64,000 nucleotides of DNA from Chitinophagales bacterium (GTDB lineage: Bacteria > Bacteroidota > Bacteroidia > Chitinophagales > JADIYW01), in the NCBI GenBank assembly GCA_046329865.1, contig JAXLTW010000004.1:91533-155532 (forward strand), written 5' to 3'. The translations under genes and the position numbers were made by a program. The notes beneath the pieces are model-generated. The model did not search any database, was not told the origin of the DNA, and saw only the letters and a program-made list of their open reading frames with translations. This document shows positions 35,459 to 45,843 of this stretch, one piece after another (position 1 is the first letter of the stretch; every line of letters starts with the position of its first letter).

Positions 35459-36011
35459 CTACTAATGTTTTTGGAATGGAATCATGCCAGAAAATCCCGG
35501 AAGTGAACAGGCCGCTGACATATTCAAATGGGATGATTCTGCAAAATGATCTTACCAGGCACTGACCGAAACTCAATTCTGTTCCATCTCCTGAAATCAC
35601 TTTGGTTCGGGTGAAAAATTTACCAATGGTTTTGCCAAATTTATATTCCAGTAAGGCATAGTAAAGAGGAAATGTAATCAGAAACAACATCTGTATCGTT
35701 TCGTTTTCTGTCATGATGAAGGTATATCCCCAATAATTTATCAGGAATATGATCAACAGGATGATGGCGATAACACAGATGATGTCTATCATGTAATTCA
35801 TAAATCGTTTGGATAAAGGCGCTGTTACAAAGGTTTGTTTTTCTACCAGATCCAGCAGTTCAGATTCATTGGTCAGTTCAAATTCTTTTTTCACCTTGAA
35901 GCCGGTATCGTATTCACTGACATGCCCGCAATTCAGGCACCTGACCTGCGTTTGGGAAAATTGCTCGTACAATGTATTGCCACAGGATGAACAAATGAAG
36001 GAGGAGTGCAT
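35448..36011 (-). CDS. Zinc-ribbon plus RDD-family membrane protein
   Basis: The N-terminus has CSSCGN...CLNCGH. It is followed by multi-TM RDD-like segments RFMNYMIDIICVIAIILLII and YALLEYKFGKTIGK. Confidence 0.6.
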   Translation of the reverse strand: MHSSFICSSCGNTLYEQFSQTQVRCLNCGHVSEYDTGFKVKKEFELTNESELLDLVEKQTFVTAPLSKRFMNYMIDIICVIAIILLIIFLINYWGYTFIMTENETIQMLFLITFPLYYALLEYKFGKTIGKFFTRTKVISGDGTELSFGQCLVRSFCRIIPFEYVSGLFTSGIFWHDSIPKTLVVED

Positions 36012-36045
36012 TGCAGGTTGGATTAAGCTTTAAAAATACGTTTTT

Positions 36046-37041
36046 TTACAATTCTAAAATAAATTTCAGGGTATCTACATTGTCGGCATAATCATTTAAC
36101 CCCGGCTGCTGGCTTTTTCCAAAAGGTAAATAGCCTTTACCGACCACACATTGAATCTGGTCCTTTTCAGCCATGATAGCATCATTCACTGCTTCAATGG
36201 TCTCATACCGTTCCAAATGCAGGCAGGAAATCGGGGAGTGCAGACTCTTGTTTTCTACAATGTTGATGAAATCAATATCTGTTAACGGGGTTTGGTTCAT
36301 CAGGTACAAAGTCCGCTGATAATCCAGGTTGTTCATATACTGATTGTGCTCCATTAAGTGGCTGAAATCAGCTAAGCCTTCTTTTAGTTGATTGAGGTCA
36401 TAGGCTTTTGGCACAAAAATTTTCGATACATTCCGGCATCCGAGACCGAAATAATCAAAAATATCGGCACCTAAGTCCTTTAGTTCTTCCTTTGCCTCAT
36501 TTCCCGACAAGATAGCGATGGAATTTCGGTTTCTGCGGATGATGTTTTTATATTTCCCAAAATAATATTCGAAGTGTTTAGCGGCATTGTTGCTTCCTGT
36601 GGCAATAATGGCGTCAAAATTTTCCAGTTTTGGCTGTATGGAAATAAAATCCTTGAATCCGGGCTCGATTTCTATCAGTTTTTCTAACAGGTGAGGTAAT
36701 AGAAACCGATCTTTGTCGGATAATTTAAGCTGTAATTTATTTCCCGATACCAAAACACATAAAATATCATGAAAAGCAACCATGGGAATATTACCAGCCG
36801 CTACAATGGCAATTGTTTTGGGTAATTGATTTGAAAAATCATATCCGGAAACCCATTTTTCCAGTTTTTCTTTTTCCAGAAATTCAGTGGCTATATTTTC
36901 TAACGCCTTTTTAGTGTTTTCTTTGGTGAACCAGGTGTTGTGTATATAGGTTTTCTGTATTGTCTCCTGTAAGGTTTCAGGGTATGCTTTGATATAATTT
37001 CCCAGTTGGACAAGTGCCTGTATGCGGGTTTCTGTATTCAT
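36046..37041 (-). CDS. Acyl-CoA reductase (LuxC-like) family protein
   Basis: My overall resemblance call rests on length, IAIVAAGNIPMVAFHD and GLGCRNVSKIFVP. The same family commonly sits next to a ferredoxin gene in Bacteroidota. Confidence 0.55.
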   Translation of the reverse strand: MNTETRIQALVQLGNYIKAYPETLQETIQKTYIHNTWFTKENTKKALENIATEFLEKEKLEKWVSGYDFSNQLPKTIAIVAAGNIPMVAFHDILCVLVSGNKLQLKLSDKDRFLLPHLLEKLIEIEPGFKDFISIQPKLENFDAIIATGSNNAAKHFEYYFGKYKNIIRRNRNSIAILSGNEAKEELKDLGADIFDYFGLGCRNVSKIFVPKAYDLNQLKEGLADFSHLMEHNQYMNNLDYQRTLYLMNQTPLTDIDFINIVENKSLHSPISCLHLERYETIEAVNDAIMAEKDQIQCVVGKGYLPFGKSQQPGLNDYADNVDTLKFILEL

Positions 37042-37088
37042 TAACTATAAATTATTGTTTTTCTCTTATCAATTTTGTGACCAATGTA

Positions 37089-37096
37089 TATATTTG
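37089..37096 (+). promoter_or_regulatory. TAnnTTTG promoter motif upstream of the ferredoxin gene
   Basis: TATATTTG lies 17 nt upstream of the ATG at 37113. Confidence 0.5.
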
Positions 37097-37112
37097 TGCA
37101 AAAGTACAACAA

Positions 37113-37460
37113 ATGGCAATCAGAATAACCGATGAATGTATAAATTGTGGCGCATGCGAACCGGAATGCCCGAATAATGCTATTTACGAAGGCGGCATCG
37201 AATGGGCTATCAAGGATGGCACTAATGTCAGTGGAACATATCTACTGAAAGACGGCAGAGAAGTGGGTGTGGATGAAAAGCAAAAGCCGGTTTCCAATGA
37301 AGTCTATTTTATCGTAACCGATAAATGTACCGAATGCAAAGGATTTCATGAAGAGCCACAGTGTGCGGCAGTTTGTCCGGTGGATTGTTGTATTCCTGAT
37401 GAAATGAATGTAGAAACAGAGGAAGAGCTGTTAGCCCGAAAAGCAAGATTGCATATATAA
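37113..37460 (+). CDS. 4Fe-4S dicluster ferredoxin
   Basis: MAIRITDECINCGACEPECP and CTECKGFHEEPQCAAVCPVDC. I prefer the start at 37113 to the ORF-track start at 37014, which would overlap the divergent gene. Confidence 0.85.
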   Translation: MAIRITDECINCGACEPECPNNAIYEGGIEWAIKDGTNVSGTYLLKDGREVGVDEKQKPVSNEVYFIVTDKCTECKGFHEEPQCAAVCPVDCCIPDEMNVETEEELLARKARLHI

Positions 37461-37482
37461 TCTGTTAAAACGAATAGTAAAT

Positions 37483-37514
37483 AAAAAAGTCCCGAAGAAA
37501 TTCGGGACTTTTTT
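37483..37514. terminator. Bidirectional terminator
   Basis: A6 run, GTCCCGAA-GAAA-TTCGGGAC hairpin, T6 run. Confidence 0.75.
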
Positions 37515-37535
37515 ATTATATTGATTTTGAATTTG

Positions 37536-38495
37536 TTATTGTGCGAAAGCTGCTCTTGGTCCGCCTGTTGCAAACACTGCCAGCATTCTTGATTTTTGAC
37601 CTAATGAGAACATATACATACATGGATCATCAGTATAATCCATATAGTTCATGGTCATTTCAATTGGGGTTCCGGTGCAGGTAGATAAATGGCCTGCAGC
37701 AGGACAGCCGTAATTGGCGGTATTGTGTGTTGGTGTATCATTTACTAAGTCACTTCCGCAGGTGGCATCACCCCAGATGTGGCGTAAGTTCATCCAATGG
37801 CCTACTTCGTGTGTAGCCGTTCTGCCTTTGTTATATGGTGCCTGTACGGTTCCGGTGCGACCAAACGCAGTGTTTAAAATAACTACACCATCGGTAGAGG
37901 AACTTCCGCCTGGAAATTGCGCATATCCTAAGATGCCGTTCGATAGGGTACAAGACCATAAGTTCAGTTTAGTAGTTGGTGAAGTCGGATTAATACCGCC
38001 TTGTGTACTCTTTTTCATGGCATCATTGGTTCCCCAGCTCTTTTTAGTGGTAGATTTTCTGATTACCTGATCCAATACAAAGCGAATACCAACATTTGCT
38101 TTAACAGCAGAAAAAGTAGAAGGAACTAGACTATAATCAGCGTTTGTAGCATTGAAGTCCTCATTTAACACGTCAATCTGAGACTGAATCTGTGCCAGAG
38201 AAATGTTTTCAGCGGTAGTTCTGTATAATACATTCACGACAACCGGAATTTCAATGACACCATTCACTAAACGGGAAGTGGCGCCTTTGGCAATCGCCTC
38301 CTGTGTAAATGTTTCGATGGAATTCATACGAGCTTCTAATGTAGGGTCGGCTTTCATTTGTGCAGCCAATACTTCCATGGATCCGCAGCTTCTTTGAGTG
38401 ATTGCTGAGTTAGCAGCGTCATTAATCAGGTTGTTTTTCTGACAACCGGAGAACAAGATAGCAGCCATAGAGCCAACTAAGATGAGTTTTTTCAT
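37536..38495 (-). CDS. M43 (pappalysin/cytophagalysin-like) zinc metalloprotease, lipoprotein
   Basis: HEVGHWMNLRHIWGD zinc site. Lipobox LFSGC. Confidence 0.8.
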   Translation of the reverse strand: MKKLILVGSMAAILFSGCQKNNLINDAANSAITQRSCGSMEVLAAQMKADPTLEARMNSIETFTQEAIAKGATSRLVNGVIEIPVVVNVLYRTTAENISLAQIQSQIDVLNEDFNATNADYSLVPSTFSAVKANVGIRFVLDQVIRKSTTKKSWGTNDAMKKSTQGGINPTSPTTKLNLWSCTLSNGILGYAQFPGGSSSTDGVVILNTAFGRTGTVQAPYNKGRTATHEVGHWMNLRHIWGDATCGSDLVNDTPTHNTANYGCPAAGHLSTCTGTPIEMTMNYMDYTDDPCMYMFSLGQKSRMLAVFATGGPRAAFAQ

Positions 38496-38661
38496 TTAAA
38501 GAATTTTATGTTAATAAATAGTTTACGACTTAAAAATGTAATCTAATTTAAGACTAATCTTCCTAGAAGGAAAGAAAAATGCGATTTATTTTATACACAA
38601 AAGTGCATTTTTAACAAAAAAAGGAATGAATTGGTCAATATGGGGGTTTACTGAACCTGTA

Positions 38662-41532
38662 TTATTGAACAATCACGGCGCTGCTGTAGGTTGAGGTTGC
38701 ATCCTTTAGTTTCAACCAATAAATGCCTTTGGGAAAATGACTCATATCAATATCAAACAAAGAAGATGTATTATATGCTTTCTTTTCCATGTACAGGACA
38801 TCACCTTTGATATTGACAATTTCCAGTTCAATGGTACCATTGGTTTTATTTTCAAATTGAACACTGAATTTGCCTGTATTCGGGTTAGGGAAAAGTTTTA
38901 GGTTACTTATATTTTCCTGATTCGCTTTGATTGCAGATAACAGGATGATATTCGTTCTCACTGTATTCGTTGCTATCGGCTGGTTATAATCAAAAAAGAT
39001 ATGTGCGGTATTATCTATTGTGCTGCCCAATGATAAACCGGTTTTAGGTTTCACTTTATAGGAAACATATCCGGTACTGGAAACATCCAGTGTATCATAG
39101 GACAAACGAATATTACTGAAGGTAAACTTCAGGATGTGATTGTCCAGAATATCAAGTGTATAATCATGAGAGGAGCCGATTAGTTGCAATGAGGCGGGAT
39201 CCACATTGCAGCTCAGGGTATCCAGCACCACTACCTTGAATGCCGTGTCATTACCGTAGTTTTGGAAATGGATGATATAAGAGATATAGGCTCCGTTACT
39301 GATTTGGGAGGGAGTCAATGCACTTCCGGACAAAATGGATTTTTCATTTGGGTCATAGGAAGTACGAATAAGCTCACTTACTTCAGCCGTATTATCGGAT
39401 GGTGTCAAATCTATGGAATCACTTTCAAACCAGGCAGTGGAAAGGATGGTGTCTCCTCCATTTAAAGATGTAGGTATGTCGGCTGTAAAATCAATAGTGG
39501 CTGATTGGTAGGAGTTGGGCATAAAATTGGTAATATCCCAAACCAGCGTATCTCCATGGATGTAGGAATAATTGGGGTTAGCACTTATGTTCAGCAGCCG
39601 GCTGTCCATTCGCAATTTAAGTTTTCCGTTTGCCGTTGTGGTGCCAAAATTGTGTATGGAAACAGTGTAACGATTGTTTTGACCCATGCGGGTTATCCCG
39701 TTATTAACCAACTGTGTACGGATGTCATTTTTTCCGGGAACAGGATGCAAGGCAAAATAGATGGTGTCCGTATGGTAGTAATCTGCATGAGAGGTAATGT
39801 GCTGTGACGGCGAGACTGTGTAGTAATCAATATACAGCTGAAGTTTAGTTACATAACTTCCGGTGTCAGTATAAAAGTTGAAAGGGTGTGTGCTTTGCAG
39901 ATGCTGGGATTGTATGTCGTCTTGTTGTTGAGTAATGGCATACCCGTCACCAAAAAGCAGTTCGCCATTATCCTGTAAATTGTTATCGTTGCTGTCAATA
40001 AATGCGGTGCCAGTAATGCTATTGAAATTGTGAGAATAATATCCAATGTATACATCGTACTGCCCTAAATAACAAATATTGTTCTCATTGGTGGCAAGCA
40101 TAAATTTTCCATGATCATAGTAGCTTTGATAAAAAAAGTAATCCGGTTTGGGAACTATCAGCATACTGTCTTTGACGGATCCGTTTTGCATATCCAGTAC
40201 CTTGATTAAATAGAGCGTCTTGCAGGCAGTGCAAGAAGATTTGTAATAACTGGCAATAAAATAAATGTCTTTCCCGGTATACGAGAATTGTGTATTGGCT
40301 CCGTGAAGTTCATTATTGAACTTTACCCAGTAGTCGCCGTCATAATAGATGGTGTCATCAAATTCAGCCTGACTGATCCATTTTCTTTCTCCATTTTCAA
40401 TTAACTCATTATTCAGAAAGATAGAATTGTTGTTTACGATGATTGTATTTATGGGGTTGTTGAGGATAACTCCCGTGTTGTATTCCCACAATAGATTAAA
40501 GTGAATATCAAAACAACGGAGGGTACTGTCCGTATATGCAGAAGGTATAAAAAACAGGTGAGAGCTATCGTCATAAACACCATTGTAGCTTAACATCTGC
40601 AAATTAGAGATGTTTACAGAATCTGTTCTTATGTTGGATAAATCGTATGGGTCAAGGAAGGCCCTTAAGGTGTATCCCATAGAACGATTGCTGTAAAACA
40701 GGATTATAGAGTTGGAAGAGCTAAAGTCACAGACCGGCTCATTTATCATGTCATATTGTGTATCAGGCAATGTATCGCTTTTAATAAGATTGCCCAAGGT
40801 ATCCAGTAATCCGTAGACTAACACAGAAGAGTCTATATAAAAACCCCAGGAGTTACTTTCGTATACGATAAATCTGAAAAATGTGTTTTTATTGCTTAAT
40901 GGTAAAAATGTTATTTTATAAAAATTGTAGTTGTTGTCCGGGAATATGCCTGATTTAGACATGCTTTTTTTCCAGATGCATTTTCCGGTATTGGAAATAG
41001 ATACCACCATACTCTCTGTTAGTTCGGATTCGTTGTTATAAATTAGATATCCGCCATCTTTCTTTTTCCGGATGATGTAATTGACGTTGTCTGTGTAGGG
41101 AATACTGTCTGCCCCCCATTGCCAGTTTCCATCGTTGTCAAATTTTGCGCCTCTCATTCTCGATTGCTGAATAGTTCCGGTGCTGTCTTCTGTTGCATCA
41201 TAATAGATAGCAAAAAATCCACCCTCATCATCAAACGATATATTGTTAGCATATAATTGCAAATAGGGAAGCAGGGAGTCAATCTGTTTATTGAACAGGG
41301 TATTTTTATTTTGATCGAATTTGATGATCCTGTATGTTAGATTATTCAATACAGCCGGATCACTATCAAATATCTCGTAGAGCAGGCTGGTTGTACCATC
41401 CTTATTTTCATGAGTTGTTACGATAGCGTCGTTAGTAGTACTTCCAATACATTCTTCTCTTACCAGCTGTTGTGCAAATGTGAGCGTTGAAAAGAGAAAT
41501 ATCCCCACCGTAAACACTATACCCTTATACAT
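38662..41532 (-). CDS. Large secreted protein with T9SS C-terminal sorting domain
   Basis: Signal peptide. A DUF11-like segment is YDPNEKS...YIIHFQNYGNDTA. The C-terminus is LKLFPNPNTGKF...GIYWLKL. Confidence 0.75.
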   Translation of the reverse strand: MYKGIVFTVGIFLFSTLTFAQQLVREECIGSTTNDAIVTTHENKDGTTSLLYEIFDSDPAVLNNLTYRIIKFDQNKNTLFNKQIDSLLPYLQLYANNISFDDEGGFFAIYYDATEDSTGTIQQSRMRGAKFDNDGNWQWGADSIPYTDNVNYIIRKKKDGGYLIYNNESELTESMVVSISNTGKCIWKKSMSKSGIFPDNNYNFYKITFLPLSNKNTFFRFIVYESNSWGFYIDSSVLVYGLLDTLGNLIKSDTLPDTQYDMINEPVCDFSSSNSIILFYSNRSMGYTLRAFLDPYDLSNIRTDSVNISNLQMLSYNGVYDDSSHLFFIPSAYTDSTLRCFDIHFNLLWEYNTGVILNNPINTIIVNNNSIFLNNELIENGERKWISQAEFDDTIYYDGDYWVKFNNELHGANTQFSYTGKDIYFIASYYKSSCTACKTLYLIKVLDMQNGSVKDSMLIVPKPDYFFYQSYYDHGKFMLATNENNICYLGQYDVYIGYYSHNFNSITGTAFIDSNDNNLQDNGELLFGDGYAITQQQDDIQSQHLQSTHPFNFYTDTGSYVTKLQLYIDYYTVSPSQHITSHADYYHTDTIYFALHPVPGKNDIRTQLVNNGITRMGQNNRYTVSIHNFGTTTANGKLKLRMDSRLLNISANPNYSYIHGDTLVWDITNFMPNSYQSATIDFTADIPTSLNGGDTILSTAWFESDSIDLTPSDNTAEVSELIRTSYDPNEKSILSGSALTPSQISNGAYISYIIHFQNYGNDTAFKVVVLDTLSCNVDPASLQLIGSSHDYTLDILDNHILKFTFSNIRLSYDTLDVSSTGYVSYKVKPKTGLSLGSTIDNTAHIFFDYNQPIATNTVRTNIILLSAIKANQENISNLKLFPNPNTGKFSVQFENKTNGTIELEIVNIKGDVLYMEKKAYNTSSLFDIDMSHFPKGIYWLKLKDATSTYSSAVIVQ

Positions 41533-41706
41533 AATTTTATTGTTTATGTAAAAATATACAATTCTGATAAGATTGTCAGGTACAAATTATACATCATGTT
41601 AAATACAGAAGGTGAAAAAAGTTCTTAATGCATTTATATTCAGTTGAATATGCCTGTATTTGTAAGAAGCTGTTTTGGGGATATAAGGTGTTTTTCAATA
41701 GGCAGC

Positions 41707-42603
41707 TTACTTTATAAACATATTGCTGACCACAAGGTCTTTGCTGCCGGCTTCATATTTGTAAAATCCTTCGCCGCTTTTTACACCCAAATAGCCGGCA
41801 GTGACCATATTTACCAGCAGCGGGCAGGGGGCATATTTCGGATTTCCGAAACCTTCATGCAACACTTTTAAAATGGCCAGGCATACATCCAATCCAATAA
41901 AATCAGCGAGTTGCAAAGGCCCCATCGGATGTGCCATACCGAGTTTCATAACCGTGTCAATTTCATAAACACCGGCAACACCTTCATGCAGAGAACAAAT
42001 GGCTTCGTTAATCATCGGCATTAAAATTCGGTTGGCTACAAAACCCGGATAGTCGTTTACTTCCACCGGAATTTTTTGAAGTGCCTTGGATACTTCAAAG
42101 ACAAGCTGTGTGGTTTCATCACTGGTCGCATAACCGCGAATCACTTCTACCAGTTTCATCACGGGAACGGGATTCATGAAGTGCATGCCAATTACTCTGT
42201 CAGGACGTTTTGTTGCTGCGGCAATGCGGGTAATGGAAATGGAGGAGGTATTGCTCGAAAGTATGCAGTGCAACGGACAAACCTCATCCAGTTCTTTAAA
42301 TATTTTTTCTTTAATGCTAAAGTTCTCGGATGCAGCCTCAATCACCAGATCGCTGTTCGCCGCCGCTGCTTTTAGTACGGTATAGGTTTGGATACGCTGA
42401 AGGGTACTGATTTTCGTTTCTTCTGTTATGGCACCTTTCTGTATTTGCCTGTCCAGATTTTTAGTGATGGTCTGGATGGCTTTATCCAGTGCCGATTGTG
42501 CGATATCCACCAACGCTACCTGATAGCCAAATTGTGCACAAACATGCGCGATGCCGTTTCCCATAGTGCCTGAACCGATTACTGTTATCTGTTTGATGGA
42601 CAT
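41707..42603 (-). CDS. hbd: 3-hydroxybutyryl-CoA / 3-hydroxyacyl-CoA dehydrogenase
   Basis: VIGSGTMGNGIAHV Rossmann motif, HFMNPVPVMKLVE and GFVANRIL. Confidence 0.85.
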   Translation of the reverse strand: MSIKQITVIGSGTMGNGIAHVCAQFGYQVALVDIAQSALDKAIQTITKNLDRQIQKGAITEETKISTLQRIQTYTVLKAAAANSDLVIEAASENFSIKEKIFKELDEVCPLHCILSSNTSSISITRIAAATKRPDRVIGMHFMNPVPVMKLVEVIRGYATSDETTQLVFEVSKALQKIPVEVNDYPGFVANRILMPMINEAICSLHEGVAGVYEIDTVMKLGMAHPMGPLQLADFIGLDVCLAILKVLHEGFGNPKYAPCPLLVNMVTAGYLGVKSGEGFYKYEAGSKDLVVSNMFIK

Positions 42604-42639
42604 TTTTCGTTATTTTAGCGCAAGTTATCAAATTTTAGT

Positions 42640-44661
42640 ATGCTATTCCAACAATTTTTCCTGAAATATAAATCAGACAATGAAACGAAAGAGATAAGTG
42701 CTGCTGACTTTTCCGTGTTTGAAAACGAATCGCTGAAGGTTGAATTTTTGCTGGATGCTGTCGGGGATGATAATCGGTATAAGGTGCATTTAATCGCTAA
42801 GCATCCGATAGAGCTGATTGATTTTTATATCACAGCCGGAGTGGATTACCGTGAGACGAAAAATATTTTCTGTAACGGGTTTCAATCCTGGACAGAAACC
42901 CGGTTATTTGATACTACTGAACAATTGAAAGGGCAGCGCAGGCTGCTGAAAGCAATAGGAGAGGCCTATGGCGACGGTAAATTTTACCGCTATAAAAATC
43001 AGAAAGGGACAGTACACAGCTGGACGTATACTTATATCCAGTTGCCCAAACGTCATCTGTTGTTTCTGGGTTCTTTAAATGATAGTATCGGGTATACAAT
43101 CTTTGAACACCATGCCCCCGATAATCAGTTATGGATTAAGAAGGATTGTGAGGGACTGTCTGTGCGGGATGAAGTTGTCTTACTGGATATACTGCACATC
43201 CAATCGTATGAGTTTGTCTGTTTTCAGCGCTATTTTGATGCACAGCAATTAAAGCCTGTTCCGGTCAAGCCAGCCATCGGCTGGACCAGCTGGTATTATT
43301 ACTATACCAATATTTCCGAAAAAATCATTGAAGACAATTTAATATCCTTTACAAAAAATAAGGTCCCCATTGAAATCTTTCAGATTGACGACGGGTATCA
43401 GAAGGCGGTAGGCGACTGGCTGCATTTCAATGAGCGTTTTCCGAATGGGTTGACTTCTATCGTTGATAAAATTCATGCGCAAGGAGTGAAAGCCGGATTG
43501 TGGCTGGCGCCGCTTGCCTGCGAGCAAAAGTCATTCATTGTTAAAGAAAAACCCGATTGGATACTAAAAGATGAAAACGGTAAGTTTTTAAAAATCGGGT
43601 TTAATCCATTGTGGAGTTACTGGTTTTATGCATTGGATGTGTACAATGATGAAGTGCGGGCATACCTGAAAATAGTTTTTCATACCGTTCTTCGTGAATG
43701 GAATTTTGACCTGGTCAAACTAGATTTTCTGTATGGTACCGCCCTCATGCCGAGGTATGGCAAATCGCGTGGACAAATCATGCAGGAATCGATGGAATTT
43801 TTGAGAGAATGTGTGGGAGAAGATAAAATGATATTGGGATGCGGGGTACCCTTGAGTGCCGCTATCGGAACAACAGATTATTGCCGTATCGGACCGGATA
43901 TCCATTTGACCTGGGATTTTAAAGTGCTGAAATGGATTCGTGCCCGCGAACGGCCATCTGTATTGAATGCCATCCATAATACCATTTCCAGAAGACAGTT
44001 GTCGGGAAAATGGTTCTGGAATGACCCGGATGTTTTTTTACTCCGAAAAAATAAGAACATGCTGTCCTTCGATGAAAAATATTCATTGTTGCTGGCTAAC
44101 CTGCTGTTCGGTCATTTACTCTTTACTTCTGATAATATCGGTGAATACGATGAAAGCACCCTGTTGTTGTATAAATCCATCTTTCCGCTGATGGCCGTGG
44201 AAGATGTTCAGGTGATTTATCAGGATAATTTTTATACCATCCATTTCAGGATTAAAGACAAATATTATCTGGCGCTTATCAATACCGGAGAATCTTCCAA
44301 GATGTACAAACTGCCGGACAACCTGTATTATGATAATGTAAAACAGGAATTGGTAAAAGGAGACAAACGAATTGAAATACCCAAACACAGCTCCAAATGC
44401 TACCTGACCGTCGGTTTTACGCCATTCGCCATAGCCGGCAGCAACGGTCATTTCTTTTCTGGCACAGAAATTGAAAATATATTTTTGACCGGCAATACTA
44501 TTGAACTGAAATGGGCGGAAGGGATATTGAACGATGTGAAGGTATATATTAAGGTTCCGGTGGGCTTTGTTATTGAAACAATAAACAAAAGTGGAAACTT
44601 TAAAAGAATTGAAAAGAACGGATTTTCTATCATTGAAGTGGAAAAACGTACTTTAAATTAA
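42640..44661 (+). CDS. Alpha-galactosidase-like glycoside hydrolase (GH36 family)
   Basis: GWTSWYYYY, FQIDDGYQKAVGDW, KAGLWLAP, VKLDFLY and WNDPD. Confidence 0.75.
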   Translation: MLFQQFFLKYKSDNETKEISAADFSVFENESLKVEFLLDAVGDDNRYKVHLIAKHPIELIDFYITAGVDYRETKNIFCNGFQSWTETRLFDTTEQLKGQRRLLKAIGEAYGDGKFYRYKNQKGTVHSWTYTYIQLPKRHLLFLGSLNDSIGYTIFEHHAPDNQLWIKKDCEGLSVRDEVVLLDILHIQSYEFVCFQRYFDAQQLKPVPVKPAIGWTSWYYYYTNISEKIIEDNLISFTKNKVPIEIFQIDDGYQKAVGDWLHFNERFPNGLTSIVDKIHAQGVKAGLWLAPLACEQKSFIVKEKPDWILKDENGKFLKIGFNPLWSYWFYALDVYNDEVRAYLKIVFHTVLREWNFDLVKLDFLYGTALMPRYGKSRGQIMQESMEFLRECVGEDKMILGCGVPLSAAIGTTDYCRIGPDIHLTWDFKVLKWIRARERPSVLNAIHNTISRRQLSGKWFWNDPDVFLLRKNKNMLSFDEKYSLLLANLLFGHLLFTSDNIGEYDESTLLLYKSIFPLMAVEDVQVIYQDNFYTIHFRIKDKYYLALINTGESSKMYKLPDNLYYDNVKQELVKGDKRIEIPKHSSKCYLTVGFTPFAIAGSNGHFFSGTEIENIFLTGNTIELKWAEGILNDVKVYIKVPVGFVIETINKSGNFKRIEKNGFSIIEVEKRTLN

Positions 44662-44692
44662 ACGATAAAACTAGTTAGTTACTGAGGCATTT

Positions 44693-45841
44693 ATGAATAA
44701 TATTTATAAAAGAATATTCAGTTGTCTGCATCTTCACTGTTTTCTGCTTATTATTTACCTTTTTGTGAATAGTTCAGTCGTTGTTGCACAAACCGGTGAT
44801 CCTGTTTTTGACTTTGCCAAACAGCAATTTGATGATAAATTGTACCTGCCGGCTATTTCTTCCCTTAAAGGTTATATAGCCAGAAAACCCAATGATGCCA
44901 ATGCGTTGTATCTGCTCGCAAAATGTTATTCCGAAATAGGGGATTTTACACAGGCGAATATTACTTATGAAAAGGTATTAAAGTACAAACCCAAGATATT
45001 TGAATTATACGAAGATTTAGGTAACAATAATAAGAAACAAAACAAGTTTGAAATTGCCGCCCAATACTATTCCCAGGCGCTGTTATTGAGAGATACCAGT
45101 ATCCGTGTGCTTAATAACCGGGGTATGTGTTTTTATTACCTGGAAAATTTTGAGGCTGCCATCAGGGATTTTAATAAAGTACTCAAACTGGATTCAACTT
45201 ATTACCTTGCATATAATAATCGAGGCTCTTCCAGATATAATAACCAGAATATTGCAGATGCGAGTATCATTGATTTGCGGTTGGCAGAAGCTGATTTTAA
45301 TAAATGCATCAAACTGCAGCCGGATTTTGAATTAGCGTATCGCAACAGAGGAATTGTACGATTTTACATGGATAGCCTCAATGCCTCTTATAAGGACTTG
45401 TGGACGGCTATTCAACTGGATCCTGAAGATGCCAATGCACATTATTATTTAGGAAAAAATTTATTTAAACAAGGTAAATATCCCGTTGCTATCAAGTTTT
45501 TTGACAATGACATCAAACTCGTGAATTATAAATCCGATATGTTTCTGGATAGAGGTATCTGTAAGCTGGAAATGAGCGATTTTGAAGGGGCGAAGGAAGA
45601 TTTCGTGATGGCTTCGCTTATCAATAAGCAGGATCCGAAGATATCCTACCACATGGCACGTTTATATGCGGCAGAAGATGATAAATCCGGAATTACCTTT
45701 GCGCTGAGAAGAGCTAAGGAACTTGGCTTATTCATCAATACGAAGTATTTCACGTATATAAATAAGGACAAGTACTTTGTCAATTTTCTGAAAGATAAAG
45801 ATTTTATGGCACTCATCGAGGAACTGAAATGGGGTAAATAA
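44693..45841 (+). CDS. Tetratricopeptide (TPR) repeat protein, secreted
   Basis: Signal peptide followed by multiple TPR-like A..Y..AL repeats. Confidence 0.7.
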   Translation: MNNIYKRIFSCLHLHCFLLIIYLFVNSSVVVAQTGDPVFDFAKQQFDDKLYLPAISSLKGYIARKPNDANALYLLAKCYSEIGDFTQANITYEKVLKYKPKIFELYEDLGNNNKKQNKFEIAAQYYSQALLLRDTSIRVLNNRGMCFYYLENFEAAIRDFNKVLKLDSTYYLAYNNRGSSRYNNQNIADASIIDLRLAEADFNKCIKLQPDFELAYRNRGIVRFYMDSLNASYKDLWTAIQLDPEDANAHYYLGKNLFKQGKYPVAIKFFDNDIKLVNYKSDMFLDRGICKLEMSDFEGAKEDFVMASLINKQDPKISYHMARLYAAEDDKSGITFALRRAKELGLFINTKYFTYINKDKYFVNFLKDKDFMALIEELKWGK

Positions 45842-45843
45842 TC

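Noticed and set aside
37014-37112. N-terminal 33-aa extension of the ferredoxin ORF
   Set aside because: The extension overlaps the divergent LuxC-like gene start and is hydrophobic nonsense. A TAnnTTTG motif at 37089-37096 and the canonical ferredoxin N-terminus MAIRITDECINCGAC support the start at 37113.
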